Below, piece by piece: positions 25,048 through 30,334 of a stretch of 32,000 nt of DNA. The position numbers and the translations under genes were made by a program. Position 1 is the stretch's first letter. Every line of letters begins with the position of its first letter. This stretch comes from Fibrobacter succinogenes subsp. succinogenes S85 (GTDB taxonomy: Bacteria > Fibrobacterota > Fibrobacteria > Fibrobacterales > Fibrobacteraceae). A model generated the notes under the pieces. It made no database searches. It was not told the DNA's origin and saw only the letters and a program-made list of their open reading frames with translations. Where the stretch lies: contig NC_017448.1 of assembly GCF_000146505.1 (NCBI RefSeq), forward strand, positions 3,690,001 through 3,722,000, written 5' to 3'.

Positions 25048-25365
25048 TTGGTTGTTCCTTTTTTGCAAGTATTTATCAATGGTTATTACGGATTGTATCG
25101 CGTATATGATGTTATGTATGTAAATGAATCTGGTGAAAAACGCAAGTTTTTAACTTATAAGTGTCCTTTAACTTATGGACTTGATGTTATTCCAGAAGAT
25201 ATTGATTTCGTGATTGAAGAAACTTCAGATGTAATAACTGTTTATTATGAAAAAGAACCGGTAGATGGCTTTAAGGTTGAAAATAATCCTTTCTCAAAAG
25301 AGATCCAATTTAAATTTTTGAGTGATTTGAAAAATGTACGTGCTGTAGAGGGGGCCTGTTTTTGA
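25048..25365 (+). CDS. hypothetical soluble protein; lacks its own ATG/RBS, possibly the downstream part of a frameshifted or recoded gene
   Basis: The only start near the 5' end is a TTG, and the first ATG is 22 codons in. The frame is open upstream to 24988. The stop overlaps the next ATG as TGATG. Confidence 0.35.
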   Translation: MVVPFLQVFINGYYGLYRVYDVMYVNESGEKRKFLTYKCPLTYGLDVIPEDIDFVIEETSDVITVYYEKEPVDGFKVENNPFSKEIQFKFLSDLKNVRAVEGACF

Positions 25366-25691
25366 TGAAAAAATGGATGTCCATGAATATTGGTGAACTT
25401 CCTTGGGTCAATCGTCTGCTTTCCCTGATTTCATCGATTTTGCTTTTTTTATATGGTTTGTCAAATGTAATGACATTGATTCATTATGGCTTTGAAAAAG
25501 ATTTTGGAACAATTTGGGCTTTGTCTGGTATTTTAATTTTACCTGCATCAATACTTTTATTCCTTGATTTTTTGAATGTTCAAATTTTATGGGTGAAAAA
25601 TCGCATATGGTTTGTATGTTTTTGGGTTGCTTTTGTGCTTAGAATTTTTACATATTTTTTAGGCCGTTTTCTTCATACTTATTATCATTGA
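25365..25691 (+). CDS. small hypothetical membrane protein (about 3 TM segments)
   Basis: ATG 25365 overlaps the previous stop as TGATG. Hydrophobic segments are LLSLISSILLFLYGL, IWALSGILILPASILLFL and IWFVCFWVAFVLRIF. Confidence 0.45.
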   Translation: MKKWMSMNIGELPWVNRLLSLISSILLFLYGLSNVMTLIHYGFEKDFGTIWALSGILILPASILLFLDFLNVQILWVKNRIWFVCFWVAFVLRIFTYFLGRFLHTYYH

Positions 25692-25709
25692 TTATGAAAA
25701 AGAATCAAT

Positions 25710-26033
25710 ATGAAGTGTTTTTTAACTTTGTTAATTTGTTTTTTAGTTTTTATTATAACTAGCTTTATTTGGAATGTAAGGCAGGGTTTGGAATCGTCTT
25801 TTTTAGTTGCTTTTGCTTCTTTGTTACTTTATATGTCTAAAAAGCCGACTGCGTATTTTATCGAGTGGCTTGCTTTTACGATTGTTTTTACCATAGGCTT
25901 ACTTTTATCGCTGCATTTGGGGGTGAAAATTCCGACGCGTCCTGTGCCATTGAACGAACTTTGGCTTAGTGTCCCGCATACTTTGAGTATATCGGGTTTG
26001 ATTGCGTGGTATTTTATGAAGAAGCATAAATAG
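25710..26033 (+). CDS. small hypothetical membrane protein (about 4 TM segments)
   Basis: 107 aa with hydrophobic segments CFLTLLICFLVFIITSFIW, FLVAFASLLLY, WLAFTIVFTIGLLLSL and ISGLIAWYF. AT-rich codon usage. Confidence 0.45.
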   Translation: MKCFLTLLICFLVFIITSFIWNVRQGLESSFLVAFASLLLYMSKKPTAYFIEWLAFTIVFTIGLLLSLHLGVKIPTRPVPLNELWLSVPHTLSISGLIAWYFMKKHK

Positions 26034-26102
26034 CAGCCATCTATTTTTCTAAATTTACCCCGTTCAAATTTAAGACGTGATATATTCACGAGGTAAAACA
26101 AT

Positions 26103-27608
26103 ATGGCAATGCAAGATATGAATGACCAGGTGATGGCTCGCTTGGCTAAGCTCGACAAGTTCAAGGAAATGGGTGTGGATGCTTATCCGCACAAGTTTAA
26201 CAGGACCCATGATTCCAAGGTTTTGAAGGAAAACAAGGATGCCTTGATGGTGACCAAGGAACCGGTTGCATTTGCCGGCCGCGTGGTGCGTTTCAATCGC
26301 AAGGGTAAAATGTGCTTTATGCACCTCAAGGACCGCTATGGCCGCTTGCAGGTTGTGGTTGCCCGTGACGAAGTGGGCGAAGAAAACTACGAAATCGTGA
26401 AGATGACCGACCTCGGTGACTTCATCGGTGTGAACGGTACGATGTTCGAAACGCAGAGCGGTGAATACTCTGTGCGTGCCGAAAAGGTCACGATGCTTTC
26501 GAAGGCTGTGCGCCCGCTCCCGGTCGCCAAGGAAAAGGTCGACGAAAACGGCAACAAGGTCGTGTTCAACGAATTTGCCGACGTGGATACCCGCTACCGC
26601 CAGCGCTATATCGACATGGCTTTGAACGACGACGTGAAGGAAGTCTTCATCAAGCGTTCCAAGATCATGCAGGCTATCCGCGAATACCTCATCGAAAAGG
26701 GATTCATCGAAGTCGAAACCCCGACGCTCCAGCCGATTTACGGTGGTGCTAACGCTCGTCCGTTTACGACGCACCACAATGCTTGCGACATGACGCTCTA
26801 CTTGCGCGTGGCTCCGGAACTTTACCTCAAACGCTGCATCATTGGCGGTATGGAAAAGGTGTTCGAGTTCTGCAAGAACTTCCGCAACGAAGGTATGGAC
26901 CGTACGCATAGCCCGGAATTCACTGGCCTCGAATTCTACGAAGCCTACGCCGACTACAACGACATGATGGTACACTTCGAAAACATTTACGAACGCGCCT
27001 GCATTGCCGCTAACGGTACGACCAAGGTCAACTACCAGGGCAAGGAAATCGACTTCAAGGCTCCGTGGCCGCGCTACAGCATGATCGAAGCCATTGAAAA
27101 GTTCGGTGGCATCAAGGTCAACGATATGAGCGACGACGAAATCAAGGCCAAGATGGAAGAACTCGGCGGTCACCTTGATGGTGAATTTACTCGTGGTCGT
27201 GGCATCTTGGAACTCTTCGATCTCACGGTGGAAGGCAAGCTCATCCAGCCGACGATCATCAAGGACATGCCTACCGAAAGCACCCCGCTCTGCAAGAAGC
27301 ACCGCACGACTGCAGGCCTCATCGAACAGTTCGAACCGTATGCTAACGGCTGGGAACTCGGTAACGCTTACACCGAACTTAACGATCCGATCCGCCAGCG
27401 CGAACTCCTTGAAGACCAGGTGCGTCGTGGCCGTGGTGGTGAAGGTGAAACCCATCCGATGGACGAAAACTTCATGCACGCTGTGGAAAGCGGTCTTCCG
27501 CCGACGGGCGGCGTGGGCTTTGGCATCGACCGCATGGTCATGCTCCTCACCAACCAGCAGACCATCCGCGACGTCCAGCTCTTCCCATTGATGAAGCCTG
27601 AGGTTTAG
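26103..27608 (+). CDS. lysS: lysine--tRNA ligase (class II)
   Basis: 501 aa. An OB-fold N-domain is followed by the class II core: RYRQRYIDMALN, FIEVETPTLQPIYGGANARPF, LYLRVAPELYLKR, FRNEGMDRTHSPEFTGLEFY and GGVGFGIDRMVMLLT. Confidence 0.95.
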   Translation: MAMQDMNDQVMARLAKLDKFKEMGVDAYPHKFNRTHDSKVLKENKDALMVTKEPVAFAGRVVRFNRKGKMCFMHLKDRYGRLQVVVARDEVGEENYEIVKMTDLGDFIGVNGTMFETQSGEYSVRAEKVTMLSKAVRPLPVAKEKVDENGNKVVFNEFADVDTRYRQRYIDMALNDDVKEVFIKRSKIMQAIREYLIEKGFIEVETPTLQPIYGGANARPFTTHHNACDMTLYLRVAPELYLKRCIIGGMEKVFEFCKNFRNEGMDRTHSPEFTGLEFYEAYADYNDMMVHFENIYERACIAANGTTKVNYQGKEIDFKAPWPRYSMIEAIEKFGGIKVNDMSDDEIKAKMEELGGHLDGEFTRGRGILELFDLTVEGKLIQPTIIKDMPTESTPLCKKHRTTAGLIEQFEPYANGWELGNAYTELNDPIRQRELLEDQVRRGRGGEGETHPMDENFMHAVESGLPPTGGVGFGIDRMVMLLTNQQTIRDVQLFPLMKPEV

Positions 27609-27675
27609 ACGAGAGAACGTCGCTTCGCGGCTACAGACGAGAGACGAAAGAACGTAAAAGGAAAAGATCTAGAGA

Positions 27676-28029
27676 ATGTTTGCGTATAGAAAACTATTGG
27701 TTTATCAGAAAGCTCTGCAATGGTTGCTAGACGTTTATCGTTTGTGTAGAACTTTTCCTGATTACGAAAGATTTGCTCTAACAAGTCAAATTAGGCGAGC
27801 TGCTGTTTCTGTGACTTCAAACATCGCAGAGGGTATGAGTCGTTCTTCGGACCGTGAAGTTGTACATTTTCTTGAAATAAGCTATGGATCATTGATGGAG
27901 GTTCAAAGTCAATTAGAAGTAGCTCAGTTGTTAAACTACATTTCAAAGGATTCTTTGGATGACGTCGATCCGAAGACTGAGGAAATCGCAAAAATGCTTT
28001 CTGGTTTGAAAAAGTCTAAAATGCGATAA
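27676..28029 (+). CDS. four-helix-bundle protein (23S rRNA intervening-sequence protein / Avd-like family)
   Basis: 117 aa. YQKALQWLLDVYRLCRTFPDYERFALTSQIRRAAVSVTSNIAEGMSR...FLEISYGSLMEVQSQLEVA is the characteristic pattern of TIGR02436/PF05635-type proteins, as I recall it. Confidence 0.85.
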   Translation: MFAYRKLLVYQKALQWLLDVYRLCRTFPDYERFALTSQIRRAAVSVTSNIAEGMSRSSDREVVHFLEISYGSLMEVQSQLEVAQLLNYISKDSLDDVDPKTEEIAKMLSGLKKSKMR

Positions 28030-28031
28030 TC

Positions 28032-28059
28032 TCTCGTCTCTCGTCTCTCGTCTCTCGTC
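28032..28059 (+). repeat. (TCTCGTC)x4 perfect tandem heptamer array, ending 1 nt before the lolE-like ATG
   Basis: Read directly, with units at 28032-38, 28039-45, 28046-52 and 28053-59. Confidence 0.95.
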
Positions 28060-28060
28060 T

Positions 28061-29311
28061 ATGATTAGTAAGCTCGAACTTCTCATCGCTTGGCGTTACT
28101 TGGGGGCTCAACGTAAGAGTCTCTTTGTTTCGCTTATTGGTATTTTCAGTATGCTCGGCGTTTCCATTGGCGTGTTTGCGCTGGTGGTGGCGCTTGCGGC
28201 GGTCAACGGTTTCGAAGAAGAGGTCACGGCCCAGATGATTGGGAAGGACGCTCACTTTGAACTGATGGCGTACAATGGCAATCCGATTGGTCCGTACGAT
28301 AGCCTCACGCAGGAGGTGCAAAAGCGTGTGCCTGACGTAGTCGCTTCGTCGCCGTTTATCGTTTACAAGGTGGGCATCAGCTCCAAGAAGGTGAACGATG
28401 GCATTGTCATTTACGGCATTGACCCGGCGACAGCCAAGGGCGTGACGGATATCCATAAATACATCAAGTGGGGAGAATACTCGGTCGACAGTCTTGAAGA
28501 CATGGGTGGCAAACGCCGTCCGGGAATTATTCTCGGGACTGGGCTTGCGGCGCGCTTGCGCGTTGTCGTTGGTGACAAACTCGTGTTGCAGACATTCCAG
28601 AGTCCGGACGAGGCGATGAGTTCGGGTGGCCCGAAGATGATGATGTGCGTGGTGAGCGGCATCTTCGAGACGGGTACTTACGAATACGATGGAAACCTTG
28701 CGTATGTCGGCATTTCGGATTTGCAGAAGTTGCTCGGCATGGGGAACACCGTGACCGGCATCCAGTTCCGCATCAAGGATCACTGGAAAGCGGGCGAGGC
28801 GGTCGATAGCATGGCGACTTGGCTATCTTATCCGTATTACGGGATGGATTGGAAGTCCAAGAACATCACGCTCCTCAAGTGGATGAACTACGAAAAGTTC
28901 ATTGTGGCGGCGGTGATTTGTTTGATTATCTTGGTCGCTGCGTTCAACATCATCAGCTCGCTCATCATGGTTGTGATTGACAAGACAAAGGAAATTGGCA
29001 TCTTGCGTAGCATGGGCTTTAGCAAGGCGGGCGTGATGCGTGTGTTCATGCTGATGGGAAGTTTCATTGGCGTGGGCGGTACCGTTGTGGGTGGAACTGT
29101 TGGACTTGTGCTCTGCAAGTTGCAAGAGGCTTACCACTTCATTAAGCTGCCTGGCGATGTGTACGTGATTCCGTATTTCCCGATTTCGGTGCATGCGATT
29201 GACGTTATTTTGATTTTTGTGATTGGTATTGTTTTGTGCGTGTCCGCGACGCTTTTGCCGGCGTGGAAAGCAAGCCGCTTGGATCCTGTGGGGGCGATTA
29301 GACATGAATGA
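28061..29311 (+). CDS. LolC/LolE-family lipoprotein-releasing ABC transporter permease (FtsX/MacB-type)
   Basis: 416 aa. N-terminus reads LLIAWRYLGAQRKSLFVSLIGIFSMLGVSIGV, followed by a large periplasmic loop and a C-terminal FtsX-like domain (KTKEIGILRSMGFS...ATLLPAWKASRLDPVGAIR). Confidence 0.85.
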   Translation: MISKLELLIAWRYLGAQRKSLFVSLIGIFSMLGVSIGVFALVVALAAVNGFEEEVTAQMIGKDAHFELMAYNGNPIGPYDSLTQEVQKRVPDVVASSPFIVYKVGISSKKVNDGIVIYGIDPATAKGVTDIHKYIKWGEYSVDSLEDMGGKRRPGIILGTGLAARLRVVVGDKLVLQTFQSPDEAMSSGGPKMMMCVVSGIFETGTYEYDGNLAYVGISDLQKLLGMGNTVTGIQFRIKDHWKAGEAVDSMATWLSYPYYGMDWKSKNITLLKWMNYEKFIVAAVICLIILVAAFNIISSLIMVVIDKTKEIGILRSMGFSKAGVMRVFMLMGSFIGVGGTVVGGTVGLVLCKLQEAYHFIKLPGDVYVIPYFPISVHAIDVILIFVIGIVLCVSATLLPAWKASRLDPVGAIRHE

Positions 29312-29410
29312 TTTAGACGAAAGAACGCTTCGCCTTTGGCTTCGCTATAGACGAAAGAGTAAAGAGTTTGATATAATTCTTTCGTCTTTCGTCTTTCGTC
29401 TTTCGTCTAT
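29312..29410 (+). repeat. gene-less miniature inverted-repeat element of the same family: two GACGAAAG left arms + (TTTCGTC)x4 right arm
   Basis: TAGACGAAAGA (29314-24) and ATAGACGAAAGA (29347-58) are exact reverse complements of TCTTTCGTCTA(T) (29399-29410). The heptamer units lie at 29380-86, 29387-93, 29394-400 and 29401-07. CGCTTCGC lies at 29326-33. Confidence 0.85.
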
Positions 29411-29421
29411 TGGAGTTTTTT

Positions 29422-30093
29422 ATGTCTAGCTTACTACAAACAGAAAATCTTCGTCGTGTCTTCTCCGAGACGGGTGAATCTCTTGAAATCCTCAAGGGCG
29501 TGAATTTTTCGATGGAAGCGGGCGAGCTTGTGGCGCTCACGGGTTCATCGGGTTCTGGCAAATCGACGTTCTTGAATTTGGTCGGAATGCTTGATACACC
29601 AACTTCGGGCGAGATTTTGTTCAAGGGCAAGCCGCTTAGTAAATTCAGTAGCGAAGAACGCGATATGTACCATCGGAAGCATGTTGGGTTCGTTTTCCAG
29701 TTCCATCACTTGCTCACGGAATTTACGGCGCTCGAAAATGTTTGCGTGCCGGGCCGCATTCTCGGGACTCCCGAAAAGGAATGCCGCGAACGTGCTGAAA
29801 TGCTTTTGGAAACGGTGGGCCTCAAGGAACGCCTCAAGCACTTGCCGCGAGAACTTTCGGGCGGTGAACGCCAGCGAATTGCAATCGCGCGTGCGCTCAT
29901 GAACAACCCGTCCCTCGTGTTTGCGGATGAACCGAGCGGTAACCTGGATGAAGCGAATTCGGCGAAATTGAACGAGCTCTTTGGCGAACTCAATGAAAAG
30001 TTCCATCAGGCGTTCTTGATTGTGACGCACGATGAAAAGCTTGCTAGTTTTGCAAAACGCCGAGTCGTGATGCATAATGGAGTGATTCAATAG
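29422..30093 (+). CDS. LolD-like ABC transporter ATP-binding protein
   Basis: Walker A GSSGSGKST, signature LSGGERQRIAIARAL and Walker B LVFADEPSGNLD. The start is taken at ATG 29422, with GGAG 6 nt upstream, rather than the track TTG 29410. Confidence 0.88.
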   Translation: MSSLLQTENLRRVFSETGESLEILKGVNFSMEAGELVALTGSSGSGKSTFLNLVGMLDTPTSGEILFKGKPLSKFSSEERDMYHRKHVGFVFQFHHLLTEFTALENVCVPGRILGTPEKECRERAEMLLETVGLKERLKHLPRELSGGERQRIAIARALMNNPSLVFADEPSGNLDEANSAKLNELFGELNEKFHQAFLIVTHDEKLASFAKRRVVMHNGVIQ

Positions 30094-30104
30094 GGACTTG
30101 AGCA

Positions 30105-30249
30105 ATGAGGTCGCTCATTTCACTCGCTTTGAGGTCGCCTTGCAAGCAAGGCTTTGAGTGAAATAAAGGAGGCTACGCCTTGACAATTAAAACCTCAAAG
30201 GCACGAAGTGCCGTGCTCATAGCCCAGAGCACCGTAGGTGCGACCTCAT
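30105..30249. repeat. about 145-nt structured intergenic element bounded by 10-bp terminal inverted repeats (candidate MITE/REP or sRNA)
   Basis: ATGAGGTCGC (30105-14) pairs with GCGACCTCAT (30240-49). Internal pairings are ATTTCACTC/GAGTGAAAT, CCTTGC-AA-GCAAGG, TTGAGGT/ACCTCAA, GGCAC-GAA-GTGCC and GCACC-GTA-GGTGC. Confidence 0.55.
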
Positions 30250-30334
30250 GCCTATGTTTAGTAACTATCTTTTGAGCGTGATAAGAGAATGAATAGGAGA
30301 TTCCCGCTCAGCGGCGGGAAAGACAAAAGCAAAT

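Larger units (their letters stand above)
27606..28061 (+). mobile_element. hairpin-flanked cassette carrying a four-helix-bundle gene (IVS-like element), inserted exactly between the lysS stop and the lolE-like start
   Basis: Left arm TAGACGAGAGA (27606-16) is the exact reverse complement of TCTCTCGTCTA (28051-61). Inner arm AGACGAGAGACGA (27635-47) is complementary to the (TCTCGTC)x4 array. A gene-less copy with the same architecture lies at 29312..29410. Mobility itself is inferred. Confidence 0.4.

Noticed and set aside
26070-27479. 469-aa minus-strand ORF antisense to lysS.
   Set aside because: Same codon-register shadow effect. The plus strand encodes a complete class II LysRS.
27676-28029. 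Possibility that the four-helix-bundle gene marks a diversity-generating retroelement (Avd-like).
   Set aside because: The window contains no reverse transcriptase ORF, no template/variable repeat pair and no target gene with a C-type lectin fold.
28032-28059. Heptamer arrays ((TCTCGTC)x4, (TTTCGTC)x4, GTTACTA-type x4) considered as CRISPR-like or microsatellite phase-variation tracts.
   Set aside because: The units are only 7 nt and contiguous, with no spacers, so this is not CRISPR. A 7-nt period is not a multiple of 3, and two of the arrays are intergenic with inverted partners. A hairpin element is therefore the better explanation, although slipped-strand copy-number variation cannot be excluded without population data.
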